From the NCBI GenBank assembly GCA_963843375.1, contig CAWJKT010000007.1:32001-96000 (forward strand): a DNA stretch of 64,000 nt. Reading direction: 5' to 3'. The translations under genes were made by a program, and so were the position numbers. The notes below the pieces were generated by a model. That model was not told where the DNA came from. It was given only the letters and a program-made list of their open reading frames with translations, and ran no database searches. Of this stretch, positions 13,874 through 24,017 are shown piece after piece. This DNA comes from an uncultured Pseudomonadota bacterium. Its GTDB lineage: Bacteria > Oederibacteriota > Muellerivitia > Muellerivitales > Muellerivitaceae. Every line of letters starts with the position of its first letter. Position 1 is the stretch's first letter.

Positions 13874-14749
13874 TTATTTCGTTAATCCAATCACCTTCAA
13901 GGGATATTTAGAAACTTGAACTTTTAAGCGATCCCCCAATCGGAATGGATAAACCAGATTGGCGCCGTCGACAAAAAGCCGACCCTCTTTCATCCGGGAG
14001 ACCACTTCCAGACTTCTTCCAGGATCCAATATCCCCTTTAATAAACGACGTGTTCCGAATTTCTTTTGATAGGCCTCACGAACCACGTACTGGAATTTCC
14101 GGGATGTAGGGGGCAGGGCTTTCCCGCCCGCCGAGAAAATGGCCGCGGTGGATCCCGCCGCCGTGCTGATCCAGATGCCGCTGGACATCTGCTCTTCCGC
14201 CGCAGTTCCAACTTTAAGAACGTATCGGGAAGTTCCAGCCGGACTCAGGGTCGTTACCAGCAGGTCGTTTAAAATCAGCCACGGGTTCTTGCGCCCATTC
14301 ACCCAAAATTCAAGGCGGGACACCGGGGTCGGCTTTAGACTTCCCTCGAGATAAGCCTTCAGAACAGCCGGAAATGTTTTCAAGTTACAGCCGCTGAAGC
14401 GAGCCACACTTCTCAAGGGATCGGAATTGACACCCAAGATCGGGACTCGAAGGACGCAATGGGAAGAATCCAGTAGCGTGCCATCTCCCCCCACGGAAAC
14501 CAGAAGTTTAAATTTTTTATCCACTCCTTTTTCCTGCTGGACTTGATGTCGTAGGACCAAGGTTACTTCCAGTCCTTCTCTTCTCAAGGTTTCCCGGACA
14601 CCCTGCAGGGTAAGGTTGTGGCGTTGGTGGCTCCCCAAAACCACATCCCAGTAACCGCTCTTTTTCAGGCTTTTGGCCAACTGTTTTTTGGAAAGGTATT
14701 GGCTATAGGCGCTTTCCTTATAAACAACCAAAACTCTTGGTTTGGCCAT
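13874..14749 (-). CDS. NAD(+)/NADH kinase
   Basis: GGDGT, GVNSDP, LND and STAAGSTA motifs; likely start MAKPRV at 14749, just after marC. Confidence 0.9.
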   Translation of the reverse strand: MAKPRVLVVYKESAYSQYLSKKQLAKSLKKSGYWDVVLGSHQRHNLTLQGVRETLRREGLEVTLVLRHQVQQEKGVDKKFKLLVSVGGDGTLLDSSHCVLRVPILGVNSDPLRSVARFSGCNLKTFPAVLKAYLEGSLKPTPVSRLEFWVNGRKNPWLILNDLLVTTLSPAGTSRYVLKVGTAAEEQMSSGIWISTAAGSTAAIFSAGGKALPPTSRKFQYVVREAYQKKFGTRRLLKGILDPGRSLEVVSRMKEGRLFVDGANLVYPFRLGDRLKVQVSKYPLKVIGLTK

Positions 14750-14757
14750 GATATTCC

Positions 14758-15357
14758 TTAATTCGCGAGGAATTGTTTGAGGGATACAAAACCTACTCTG
14801 ATCATCATGACCGCGTAAGCAGCCAAAAGTAGCGCGGCCAATTTGGAAATAACTCGGGTACCAGTTAGACCCATCCACTTCATCAACAGGTTTGACTGGC
14901 GGAAAATGACCCAGGACAAAAGCAGGTTCAAGACCAAGCATAATCCGATCTCAAGGATGGAAAACCGGTCTCGAAGAAGAATTAAAGTGGCGAAGACCGC
15001 CGGACCCACCAAAAGTGGGATGGCAAAAGGAACAATGCCCGTCGCCTCCGATGCCTCACTCATGGCCATCATTTTCTGGTCCCACACCACGTCCCTCAAA
15101 GCCACAACCAAGACCAAGAGACCCCCCGCCACCTGGAAGTCCCCGGTTTTTAGGCCAAGCACGCCCAATACCAGAGGGCCAAGTGGAATAAAGAGAAGGC
15201 CGACAACCCCCGCGGTCAAAATGGAGAGGTTCAACATCTTCTGCCTTCTTCCCAGGGACAGTTCGGAAGTCATTTGGATAAAAACCGGAAGGATACCCAA
15301 GGGATCCATGGCGACAAAGAGGGGAAGAAAAAGGCTAAGGAAGTCGGAGATGGACAT
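14758..15357 (-). CDS. MarC family membrane protein
   Basis: LFVAMDPLG, FQVAGG, VPFAIPLLVGP; about six TM segments. Confidence 0.92.
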   Translation of the reverse strand: MSISDFLSLFLPLFVAMDPLGILPVFIQMTSELSLGRRQKMLNLSILTAGVVGLLFIPLGPLVLGVLGLKTGDFQVAGGLLVLVVALRDVVWDQKMMAMSEASEATGIVPFAIPLLVGPAVFATLILLRDRFSILEIGLCLVLNLLLSWVIFRQSNLLMKWMGLTGTRVISKLAALLLAAYAVMMIRVGFVSLKQFLAN

Positions 15358-15550
15358 GGCGCCTCGAATGAAATGATCTCGTGGAATCCATTATAAGCCG
15401 AAGGGGATTCGGATGGGGCCTGATTAAATTAACGGTTTCATTGGTCGTCCAGCTTGTAGGCGATCGTCGTTTCAAGACTGCCAATCTAATTAACTGGGGC
15501 TCAACCTAAGGCTAGACTCATGCCAAGAAACGGGAACTAAAGGTTTCCCC

Positions 15551-16645
15551 TTAAGTTCCCACGGGATTGGTTGTCACGGCTGCGGTATTTTGGTTGCAAT
15601 TGGCTGCGCCATAAGTGGTTTGGTCAAACTTCATGTAGTTCAATCCTTCGTTTTGATATACAAAAATAAAACTCAACAAGGAACTGACGGGCGGCACATA
15701 GGGTGTGCAATCATAATTCGGAGCGGAAAATTGGACCCATGCGAGGGCGTTGGTAGAAAGAATTTTCACCACGAAAATATCTCCTCCGGCAATTGTCGAC
15801 GCGGCGGTGCCCAGAACGGCAGCTTTCGCCTGCAGGGTAGTGGGGTAATAAACCGCGCCAGTAGGGATTACAGGAAAATTCACCAAGTCACCGTTCCCCA
15901 GGTAAGTGAAGATGGATGGGGGAGTTACAGGAGGACCTGCGGTAACAACCGTGGGTGTTGATAAATAAGTCGACCCGGTGGTCGCGTCATACAAAGCTTC
16001 CACATCCGCCGAACCCGTATCCGCGAAAGTATAGGAATTGAATGAAAAAAGGTCGTAATAGTAACCCTCATCTAAGATAGATTCGCAATTTGTCGTGTCC
16101 GTAAGATATTGTGTATATTCGTTCACGCTGTAACAGGTATATTCGTCATAACCAATATCCTCCATGTTCAAGGTAAAGGATGTCGTTCCTTGGACATTGA
16201 CCATATCGGCGCCGACGAACTCCGGAATTGCGTTCAAACCTGGTAAAACCAGCTTGGAAGTGGCTTTTTTCAGAGTATCCTCGGGGTTATAAACATAAAA
16301 CCATTCCCCCGAAACCACCCAATTCCCAGCCTTGGGAAGATTAATAAAGAAATTCCCTACATTAGAGCCACTGTTGAAAAGAATGACGCCAGTAACCGGG
16401 GCTTCTCCGTCCGCAACCAAGTAATATTCAAAAGCGCCCTCGCTGGAATCGGGAACCGCGTCCTTCGAGATGGCTTTTAGCACTTTGGCCGTGGGTGCGG
16501 AATTCAGTATTTTCGAGGGGATCACCAGGTTCAGCACCGCCGAGTTCACGGGAACCACCGGGTTCGCGGGCTTACGGCATCCGGTCGTCCATCCCGTCAG
16601 GATTAAAGACCCGGCTAGCAGAAAGAATAAGTTTTTTTTCACCAT
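15551..16645 (-). CDS. Hypothetical lipoprotein, Tyr/Thr/Cys-rich beta-type sequence
   Basis: Signal with lipobox TTGC; overlaps the stop of the upstream barrel gene. Confidence 0.75.
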   Translation of the reverse strand: MVKKNLFFLLAGSLILTGWTTGCRKPANPVVPVNSAVLNLVIPSKILNSAPTAKVLKAISKDAVPDSSEGAFEYYLVADGEAPVTGVILFNSGSNVGNFFINLPKAGNWVVSGEWFYVYNPEDTLKKATSKLVLPGLNAIPEFVGADMVNVQGTTSFTLNMEDIGYDEYTCYSVNEYTQYLTDTTNCESILDEGYYYDLFSFNSYTFADTGSADVEALYDATTGSTYLSTPTVVTAGPPVTPPSIFTYLGNGDLVNFPVIPTGAVYYPTTLQAKAAVLGTAASTIAGGDIFVVKILSTNALAWVQFSAPNYDCTPYVPPVSSLLSFIFVYQNEGLNYMKFDQTTYGAANCNQNTAAVTTNPVGT

Positions 16646-17817
16646 TTGACCCCCACATTCGTTCCTAAAGTAAACCGTTGATACGTGATGGTTTGGTTGT
16701 TTTCTCCGGCGTTGAGATTGGCAATGTTGTGATACAGCCCCGCGAGATTCCAGAATGTTCCCGGGGAAAGTTGAAAGGTGATACTTTGCTCGGCTCCCAA
16801 AAGATCTCCTCCTCCTTCATATTCATCCGTCTCCCCCAGAATCAGAGTTTGGGGAAAGCCATTAGGTTGTATCCAATCCCAGATCAGGCCCGTTTCCATG
16901 ACAACTCCCGGCCCCACCGAATAGCCCAAAACGGGGTGGATTTCCAAACGATCGCCAAAGTAGGGCCCCGGGTCCGCCTGAAGGGTAAAGGGGGAAGTAG
17001 GTAGAGCCGTTGAACCCGCACCATAAAAGCTGTAAGAAACATTTACGACCAGTTTATCCTTCCCCATTTGGCTGATCCATTGCGAGGTCAGGATGGTTCC
17101 TTCTCCCTCCGTAAAATCTTCGGCGGGGTTTGAATAGGTGGATTCCAACGGGAAAGTTTCCACTACCCGGAAACCCCATGTGTCCGCACTTGACATCCGG
17201 AATCCCAGTGTGGCGAGAGCCACCACGTTATCGCCGGGGCTAAAGGTTCCCTCCGTGGAAAGAGTCGTGTCATAAACGCTCGTGGACATAAAGCCACCTC
17301 CAATACCATAGGAAAGGTCGGCGGTGGTTCGGGAAAGCGTATAAAACAGGTTCCCACCCCAGCCCCCGCCATGGTAATAGCTGGGTTCGAATATATAGGG
17401 GATAGCTCCGACTTGTTCTTCAATCTCCCAGCTTTGGTTACCTGTTGGAAAATTGAGTGTCCCGAAGAGATTGGACCGCCACGAATTCCCCATATCCAAG
17501 GCCCAGTTTATCCCCAAGTCGGTGTCGGAAAATTGGCTCGATTTGTATTCTGAACCCGTAATGCCATTGGTAGCGTCGGAGTCTTCCACGTAATCCCCGG
17601 AGACAAAAGCGGTGGTTAAGGAAAGTGTGAAATTAGGCGAGGAAAAATAATAACCCAAGGGTATCCGCTGTTCTGTTCCGTGATAAAGCGAATTACTGGT
17701 CCAGGAATCAAAGACATAGCCGAGTTGGAGTTCCTCTTGATCGGCCCAGGCCGAACCTACGAATAAGAACAACCCCATCCCCAAAATCACACCGATCCCG
17801 GTTTTGTGAAAATTCAT
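16639..17817 (-). CDS. Hypothetical outer-membrane beta-barrel protein
   Basis: Signal peptide (AWA-D), alternating amphipathic Gly/aromatic strands, C-terminal FTLGTNVGVKW resembling a BAM beta-signal. Confidence 0.7.
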   Translation of the reverse strand: MNFHKTGIGVILGMGLFLFVGSAWADQEELQLGYVFDSWTSNSLYHGTEQRIPLGYYFSSPNFTLSLTTAFVSGDYVEDSDATNGITGSEYKSSQFSDTDLGINWALDMGNSWRSNLFGTLNFPTGNQSWEIEEQVGAIPYIFEPSYYHGGGWGGNLFYTLSRTTADLSYGIGGGFMSTSVYDTTLSTEGTFSPGDNVVALATLGFRMSSADTWGFRVVETFPLESTYSNPAEDFTEGEGTILTSQWISQMGKDKLVVNVSYSFYGAGSTALPTSPFTLQADPGPYFGDRLEIHPVLGYSVGPGVVMETGLIWDWIQPNGFPQTLILGETDEYEGGGDLLGAEQSITFQLSPGTFWNLAGLYHNIANLNAGENNQTITYQRFTLGTNVGVKW

Positions 17818-17874
17818 GAAATCTCGTTCCTTAAAAAACATAATGAGAGGCCACGACGCTCTTCTAAAATCCAG

Positions 17875-18657
17875 CTAGGGAGCAAATTGGGGAAATCCCA
17901 ATTGCAAATTCAACAGGTTATGGGCTCCCAAACCTGCGACTCCGTCGCCCTTAATTTGGCCCGTGACCCCGTTAATCCCGCCGGGAAGATCGGTGAGGGG
18001 GTTGTTGAAATCATCCGAGCCTGTTCCGTTAAAACCGTAAAAAGGGTTGGAGGTGATAAAGCCCACGCCCGGGTTTCCGGTAACCGGCGGCGGATAAGGA
18101 TTGTTCCAAATTCCATTGAGGTAGGAGCCCCCCTGTCCGCCATGAAATTCCTGAGTCTTCCCATTCGAGGTGGACCACACCGTTCCTTCTTTAACCACCA
18201 CATCCACCTTTCCCGTGGCGGGATCATAAAACACTGAGTACTCGGTTCCCCGGACGCCGCAAACTACCCCGCCCGCCTCAATCTCAAAGGAGGACTTGGA
18301 AGAAGCCAACTTTTTGACCGAGGCGAAAAGACGCCCCACGAACAACTTGAATTCCATCACCTTATCCTCAGCCGAAAGCTTTTGAAGTTTTAGGAGTTGA
18401 AAATCCGTATTGGGACTGATGTTAAGTTCGGAACCATCGAACAACTGAAGGGTGGCTTTGGAATCGGCCTTCGTGACAATATGTTCCCCTTCCACAACGG
18501 TTGACTTTAACTTCGCCAGGACTTTTTTGCCTTTTTTATTCTGAATCTGGACTTTACCGCTTAGGGACGTAATAACACCGTGGGTGGGCGCGGTATCCGC
18601 CAAGGCCAGTCTGAAAGCCAGGGCGAATATCAGGCTCAAAAAAGAAATTCTTTTCAT
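17875..18657 (-). CDS. Periplasmic FecR-domain protein
   Basis: Signal peptide; GEHIVTKADSKATLQLFDGSELNISPNT and FEIEAGGVVCGVRGTEYSV FecR-domain motifs. Confidence 0.88.
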   Translation of the reverse strand: MKRISFLSLIFALAFRLALADTAPTHGVITSLSGKVQIQNKKGKKVLAKLKSTVVEGEHIVTKADSKATLQLFDGSELNISPNTDFQLLKLQKLSAEDKVMEFKLFVGRLFASVKKLASSKSSFEIEAGGVVCGVRGTEYSVFYDPATGKVDVVVKEGTVWSTSNGKTQEFHGGQGGSYLNGIWNNPYPPPVTGNPGVGFITSNPFYGFNGTGSDDFNNPLTDLPGGINGVTGQIKGDGVAGLGAHNLLNLQLGFPQFAP

Positions 18658-18781
18658 AACAACTACCCCGTGATTATAAATTTCGGCCCCAAATCTGACC
18701 CTGTGCGGTGCATTTTATATGAAACAGGGCAAAATAACATTGAAACATGGGGAAAAAGAAGGGTCAGAAATAAGCGAAAAC

Positions 18782-21052
18782 TTATTTGGTTTTCATGACA
18801 AAAACCCCATCCCAATTGCCGCCAGGGGGGTCCTGCTTGAGTTGGGTGCATCTTTTGATAAAAATTTCGGCGGGGCCGTCCTTGGGATCCAAGTCCAAAC
18901 AATTCCTAAAACATTTGACCGCCTCATCCCATTTCTGAGCGCGGTAAAGCGCGAGACCTTCTTGGAAAGCCTTCACTTTCATTTCCTTGGTACCGGCGCC
19001 CTTCAGTCGATGGTCCACCAATTCGTAAATGCGAATGGGTTCATTTTTGCCCTTCACCTTAATCAAGTCCAGTTCGCGGCAAAGCATATCGTTCTTTACC
19101 ACCTCATAAGTACTCTCGGCGATGATGATCTCAACATGATATTCCTTGGTGGTTCCTTCCAGACGGCTCCCCAGATTAACCGCATCACCGATCAGGGTAT
19201 AGCTTTTCATGGACTCAGACCCCACAAACCCAACGACCATCGGCCCGGTATTCAAGCCAACCCCGATCTCAAGCTTTTCCTTCCCTTCCAATTCCCACTT
19301 GGGATGCAAGACGCTATGAAGCAAATCCACCATGCCCAGAGCCGTGCTGCAAGCCCGATAGGGGTGATCCAGTTGGACGGTCGGCGCCCCCCAGAAAGCC
19401 ATGATGGCGTCACCGATGTATTTATCCAAGGTGCCCTCGGTCTGGAAGACCAGGTAAGTCATCTGGGTGAGGTATTCGTTGAGGACTTCAACCACTTCCT
19501 TGGGTGAGTGCTTTTCCGAATAAGTGGTGAAACCTCGAACGTCGGAGAACATGACCGTCAGGTTTTTTTCCTCACCGCCCAGTTCGATGCCGGCCGGGAG
19601 CTTCAGGATTTCCTCCACGACCGAGGGCGCCACCATGGTTTGGAACATTTGTTTCATATAACGGCTATGGCGTACTTCGGTTCGGAACTTATAGGTGGTC
19701 AGCAAGCCGAATGTGAGCACAAGAGCCGCGCAGGGGTAAGCCAGGTTGAGAACATAATTGAGCTGGCCGAAGACCACACAGGCCACGGCGAAATAAATGA
19801 TAAAGGCCAGAACGAACCAAACGGTCCCCATGATGGGTGTTAACCGGGGTATCAGGTACCACATGAGCATGGCCGCGATCACGATAAGAATCAGCGTCGA
19901 ATACTCGGGGGCCTTCACAAGGAAATTTCCCGAGATGGCGTTTTCCAGGATGTTGGCGTTGATATCCATCCCCGGGGCGGTGTGAGTAAAAGGGGTGGGT
20001 CGCAAGTCAAAGAGCCCGGTGGCCGTCGCCCCGAATATCACAATCGAATCCTTTAATTCGGCAGTCTTGACCCGGCCGTTTAAAAAGTCGCAGGCGGAGT
20101 AAGAGGGGAAAGTGGGGGTAGGCGGATCCTTGGCATAATTAATGAAAGGACCGCAAAAATTGATGAGAGACATGCCAAGGTCGTTGACATAAATTTTACG
20201 GTTTCCCACCTGCGCGTAGTCCCCTACGACAAACTTGATCGGATCCTTGGAACCCATGAAGTAACGGGCAATTTGGAGGGATACGTGGGGAATCAGTTTT
20301 CCCTGGTAGCAAAGCACCGTCGGGTAATAACGGTAAATGCCGTCCCAATAGGGGAATACGGTCGTGTGGCCCGAGTCCAGAGTGGATTGCTGGAGCAGGG
20401 GTATGGAAACCAGCAACGACTTGGCGTTGATCAAATCGTCCGTAAAACCGCCAAACAACCCTGCGGGGGTGAAGTGGAGTCTCACCGGGTCCGGGGTAGT
20501 CCCCTCGGTTTCGGAGACATAGGGCTCGATCAGGAGGAAAACATTGCCCGCTTCCTTGATCGCCGCCGCCAATTGGGCGTCCCCATTTTCGGATTCCTGG
20601 AATTTCTTGACATCCCCCAATACCTTTTCCCGGATGGAATGGGCCGTCTTGGAGGAACCATTGATGGAGGACCCCAAAACTTCATCCAGTTGGGCGAGCA
20701 TTTTTTCCTGAGTACGCTCGGGTTCAGGAAAAAAGACGTCATAAAAAATGTATTTTACGCCCGCCTCTTTGAGAAGACGGATGATTTTGGCGTGGATCGC
20801 CCGGGGCCAAGGCCACTGGCCTATTTCCTTCAGGCTTTTTTCATCCACCGTGATCAGTTTGATCGGGGCTTGGGGGACCCTGCTGCCGCGAAGGGTAAAA
20901 CGGAAATCGATTGTTTTATTTTCCAGCAAAACGAAAAATTGAAGATCGCGGTTTTCAAAGGCGAAAAGAAGAAGAATAACCCCAAAGGCCATCCAGAAGG
21001 AGGTGCTTTTCTTGTAATTGACTTTGATTTCTTTGGCCTGAATCTCGGGCAT
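18782..21052 (-). CDS. CHASE2-domain class III adenylate cyclase with C-terminal TPR-like tail
   Basis: DEKSLKEIGQWPWPR (CHASE2), three TM helices, FSDVRGFT, DKYIGDAIMA, YTLIGDAVNLGSRLEG, VKGK; Lys/Thr at the specificity positions point to ATP. Confidence 0.95.
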   Translation of the reverse strand: MPEIQAKEIKVNYKKSTSFWMAFGVILLLFAFENRDLQFFVLLENKTIDFRFTLRGSRVPQAPIKLITVDEKSLKEIGQWPWPRAIHAKIIRLLKEAGVKYIFYDVFFPEPERTQEKMLAQLDEVLGSSINGSSKTAHSIREKVLGDVKKFQESENGDAQLAAAIKEAGNVFLLIEPYVSETEGTTPDPVRLHFTPAGLFGGFTDDLINAKSLLVSIPLLQQSTLDSGHTTVFPYWDGIYRYYPTVLCYQGKLIPHVSLQIARYFMGSKDPIKFVVGDYAQVGNRKIYVNDLGMSLINFCGPFINYAKDPPTPTFPSYSACDFLNGRVKTAELKDSIVIFGATATGLFDLRPTPFTHTAPGMDINANILENAISGNFLVKAPEYSTLILIVIAAMLMWYLIPRLTPIMGTVWFVLAFIIYFAVACVVFGQLNYVLNLAYPCAALVLTFGLLTTYKFRTEVRHSRYMKQMFQTMVAPSVVEEILKLPAGIELGGEEKNLTVMFSDVRGFTTYSEKHSPKEVVEVLNEYLTQMTYLVFQTEGTLDKYIGDAIMAFWGAPTVQLDHPYRACSTALGMVDLLHSVLHPKWELEGKEKLEIGVGLNTGPMVVGFVGSESMKSYTLIGDAVNLGSRLEGTTKEYHVEIIIAESTYEVVKNDMLCRELDLIKVKGKNEPIRIYELVDHRLKGAGTKEMKVKAFQEGLALYRAQKWDEAVKCFRNCLDLDPKDGPAEIFIKRCTQLKQDPPGGNWDGVFVMKTK

Positions 21053-21058
21053 GGCTGC

Positions 21059-21090
21059 ATTCTATGTTTGACCCAACCAAGGGTCAAACA
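21059..21090 (-). promoter_or_regulatory. Sigma70-type promoter of the cyclase, overlapped by a perfect 10-bp-arm inverted repeat
   Basis: Minus strand TTGACC(21087-21082)-17 nt-TAGAAT(21064-21059)-6 nt-ATG; palindrome TGTTTGACCC-aaccaa-GGGTCAAACA at 21065-21090. Confidence 0.65.
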
Positions 21091-21142
21091 GTTTTGAATT
21101 ATCAGCTTTGGATTTTAAGCGAATATAACAATGATTTGAGGT

Positions 21143-21940
21143 TCAGGAAGACGCCGATCGATATCTTTGAAGGCCCTTCTGCCAGATCCAAACGGTGAAG
21201 GCCATGAACGACAACCCCAAGGCAAATCCGTAAAAAATCCAACCGCTTTCCAGCTTATGAATGAGGACACCGGCGGGAAAATTGGAAACGATCAGCATGG
21301 GGATCACGGTGAGAAGAACCCGGCGGATAAGCCAGGGATAAATGTCCCCGGGATAGCGGGAAAACTGGCCGAATTGCCAGTAAAGCTCCATGAGGTTGTT
21401 GGAGCGCCCGATCCAAAAGGTCCAAACCGACAGGGTGAAAAGCATGGCGTAATAAATGAGGATGCTGTTGACCACGAGAGCGGCGAAAAGAACGGCTTCA
21501 CCCAAGCCCACCGTGGTTCCCATTTTATGAAGGGCGAAAAAGATAACCGCGATTCCGATGGTACTGTTGACCAAGGAGGAATAATCGGTATAACGCAGGG
21601 ATACCAGGAATTGGCTGTTGATGGGCTTGATGAGATTGAAATCCAAGTCGCCCTGGCGGATCTGGTCGGTCAGCCGGGTGCAGTTGTCGTAAAAAAGGGC
21701 CTCAAAAAGCTGAGTGATGACATGATTGGTTCCGGCCAGAACGACCATTTCCCACATGCTCCATCCCGCGATGTCTTTTGTCTGTCCGTATATGACTTTG
21801 ATATAAATAAATTGCATCACGAGCCACATGAATTCCGTGAAAAGGCGGACCAGGAAGTTGGTTTTGAACTGCATTTCCCGAACCAAGCAGTTCTTCATCA
21901 TCAGTCCGGTCAGCCGGAAGTATCTTCCCAAGGTTGTCAT
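21143..21940 (-). CDS. ABC-2 type exporter permease (DUF990-like)
   Basis: IRQGDLDFNLIKPIN, FSRYPGDIY, GLQRYRSASS; multiple TM segments. Confidence 0.9.
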   Translation of the reverse strand: MTTLGRYFRLTGLMMKNCLVREMQFKTNFLVRLFTEFMWLVMQFIYIKVIYGQTKDIAGWSMWEMVVLAGTNHVITQLFEALFYDNCTRLTDQIRQGDLDFNLIKPINSQFLVSLRYTDYSSLVNSTIGIAVIFFALHKMGTTVGLGEAVLFAALVVNSILIYYAMLFTLSVWTFWIGRSNNLMELYWQFGQFSRYPGDIYPWLIRRVLLTVIPMLIVSNFPAGVLIHKLESGWIFYGFALGLSFMAFTVWIWQKGLQRYRSASS

Positions 21941-21941
21941 T

Positions 21942-22778
21942 TCACCCCCCCACCGCCGAATAACGTTTCAGCCCCAATTTCCACATGAACTGGCTGACGG
22001 TGAAAAAAATCCCGATCCATAAAAACCCGATCCCCAATAACTGGAGCAATTGGCCTTGGGGAACCTTGCCCATCAAAATGACGCAGGGCCAATAACCTTC
22101 ATATCCAAAAGGGGACAGGAATAAAAACTGCTGCATGGACGCGGGTAAAATATTCAGCGGGATCATTTGGCCCGAAAGGAAAAACTCGATCATCATGACC
22201 ACAAAAAGAAAAGTGGAGATTTCCAGGAACCAAAAAGCGAGTATCCCGATCATGAAACAAAAAAGCATGCCGATGGAGAAAGCGATAAACAGCGAAACCA
22301 CAAAGGCCCCCCATTCCCAAATTGTGGGAATGTGGCTGAAAAAATGGCGCATCAGGAAAAAGATGGGCGGAAAAGTAAAAATAGCCACATACCAAAAAAC
22401 CAGTTTGTGGGCCAGCCGATACATCACCTGATACCAGAGGTAATCGATAGGACGGATTAGATAGCGGTTCAAAAGGCCGTCCTTGATGTCCTTGCTGATG
22501 TCGGAAGTCGTTCCGGGAACGCTGGAAAAACCCCTCGCAACATACATAAAAGCGTAATAGGCGATGATATCCTGATAGTTCATTCCACGGATGGTGGTAT
22601 TGGTTTTATATACCGCATACCAAAGAAAAATGGTGGTCACCAGAGGAAGGAAGCGGAAAACGGCCCCGAACACGTAATTGGCCCGGTAGGACATGTCTTC
22701 CTGGGTACGGGTGCTGAGAATGACCCAGTATTTGTGGAATGGGGATTTGGATGCGGTTTCGGCAACAGGAATACCCAT
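21942..22778 (-). CDS. ABC-2 type exporter permease (DUF990-like)
   Basis: DIKDGLLNRYLIRP, FLSGQMIPL, GLKRYSAVGG; multiple TM segments. Confidence 0.9.
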   Translation of the reverse strand: MGIPVAETASKSPFHKYWVILSTRTQEDMSYRANYVFGAVFRFLPLVTTIFLWYAVYKTNTTIRGMNYQDIIAYYAFMYVARGFSSVPGTTSDISKDIKDGLLNRYLIRPIDYLWYQVMYRLAHKLVFWYVAIFTFPPIFFLMRHFFSHIPTIWEWGAFVVSLFIAFSIGMLFCFMIGILAFWFLEISTFLFVVMMIEFFLSGQMIPLNILPASMQQFLFLSPFGYEGYWPCVILMGKVPQGQLLQLLGIGFLWIGIFFTVSQFMWKLGLKRYSAVGG

Positions 22779-23761
22779 TAATTCTCCGATCCTTTAAAAA
22801 CCTTCTCAATCACTTCCTCGATGGGTACCTCTTCAATATTGATATCGTCCACGTCAAATTGGGTCAATATCTCATTTGAGGCTTTTTTGACGTTGTCACG
22901 CGTGACTTTCAAGATCGCCTTGGCTTTACTATACTCCAGCACTTCCCCCAAGGCGGCCAGTTGTTCCCGGCTGATCCCCCCGGCCTTGAAAGTGACTGAA
23001 ATAAGCTTGGTTTGGGAAAATTTCTCTACAACGTCATCCAACCGCCCATCAAATATTTTTTTGCCATGGTTGATGACGACCACCCTTTCGCAAAGGGCCT
23101 GAATGTCGTTCATATAATGGCTTGTCAGCAGAATCGTTGTTTTCGTGCGCCGGTTGTAATCCTTGATGAACTCCCGGATGTTCTTTTGGGCCACTACGTC
23201 CAAACCAATGGTGGGCTCATCCAGAAACAAGACCCTTGGGCGGTGCAAAAGGGCGGCGATCAACTCGAATTTCATGCGTTCACCGAGTGAAAGTTCGCGA
23301 ACCATGATCCCCAAGAGCTTTTTCACTTGCAAAAGCTCGGTCATTTCATCCAGGACCTGCTTGTAGTCCCCGTCGGAAACACCGTAGATTTCCTTATTAA
23401 GGTAGAGAGATTCTTGGGCTGGCAGGTCCCACCAAAGCTGGTTCTTTTGGCCCATGACCAGGGCGAATTGCCGGCGATATTCGTTTTTTCTTTCCCATGG
23501 CGTAAAGCCCATGACCTTCGCCGTACCGGCGGTGGGAAAAAGGATCCCCGATAGCATTTTTAGAGTGGTGGTCTTTCCCGCGCCATTAGGCCCCAGAAAA
23601 CCAACCAACTCACCTTCCTCGATATTAAAGGAAACCCCATCCACGGCCCTCACCTGGGTGTATTGGCGGTTGAAAAGGCCCCTCACCGCTCCGCCCAAAC
23701 CAGGCAGGCGCTTTTGAGTTTGGTAGATTTTGCTTAAGGTCTCCACTTCAATGATGGGCAT
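22778..23761 (-). CDS. ABC exporter ATP-binding protein
   Basis: GPNGAGKTT, LSLGERM, LFLDEPTIGLD, TSH. Confidence 0.95.
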   Translation of the reverse strand: MPIIEVETLSKIYQTQKRLPGLGGAVRGLFNRQYTQVRAVDGVSFNIEEGELVGFLGPNGAGKTTTLKMLSGILFPTAGTAKVMGFTPWERKNEYRRQFALVMGQKNQLWWDLPAQESLYLNKEIYGVSDGDYKQVLDEMTELLQVKKLLGIMVRELSLGERMKFELIAALLHRPRVLFLDEPTIGLDVVAQKNIREFIKDYNRRTKTTILLTSHYMNDIQALCERVVVINHGKKIFDGRLDDVVEKFSQTKLISVTFKAGGISREQLAALGEVLEYSKAKAILKVTRDNVKKASNEILTQFDVDDINIEEVPIEEVIEKVFKGSEN

Positions 23762-24017
23762 CGGAAGGCGTCCTCTTTCATTTTGGCAAGCGGCACCCTA
23801 TTCATTTACCCGAACTATTAAATTAAGAATAAGGCGGTCCGGTTCTCAATAAATTTTTAAAATCGAGGAACCGGACGGTTATTATAAGAACCGTGTTCCA
23901 AAGAATCCAACCCCTTAAACAAACAAATCCATCGCCGAGACTCCGGGACCGTAAAAAACTTTAGAATGAATTATGTTTTCTCCGTTCCCTTTCGTCTCTA
24001 TGGTAAAGTCTTTGAAA

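Noticed and set aside
18719..21988. Long plus-strand ORFs 18719-19507, 20273-21097 and 21167-21988
   Set aside because: Antisense shadows of the cyclase and permease genes
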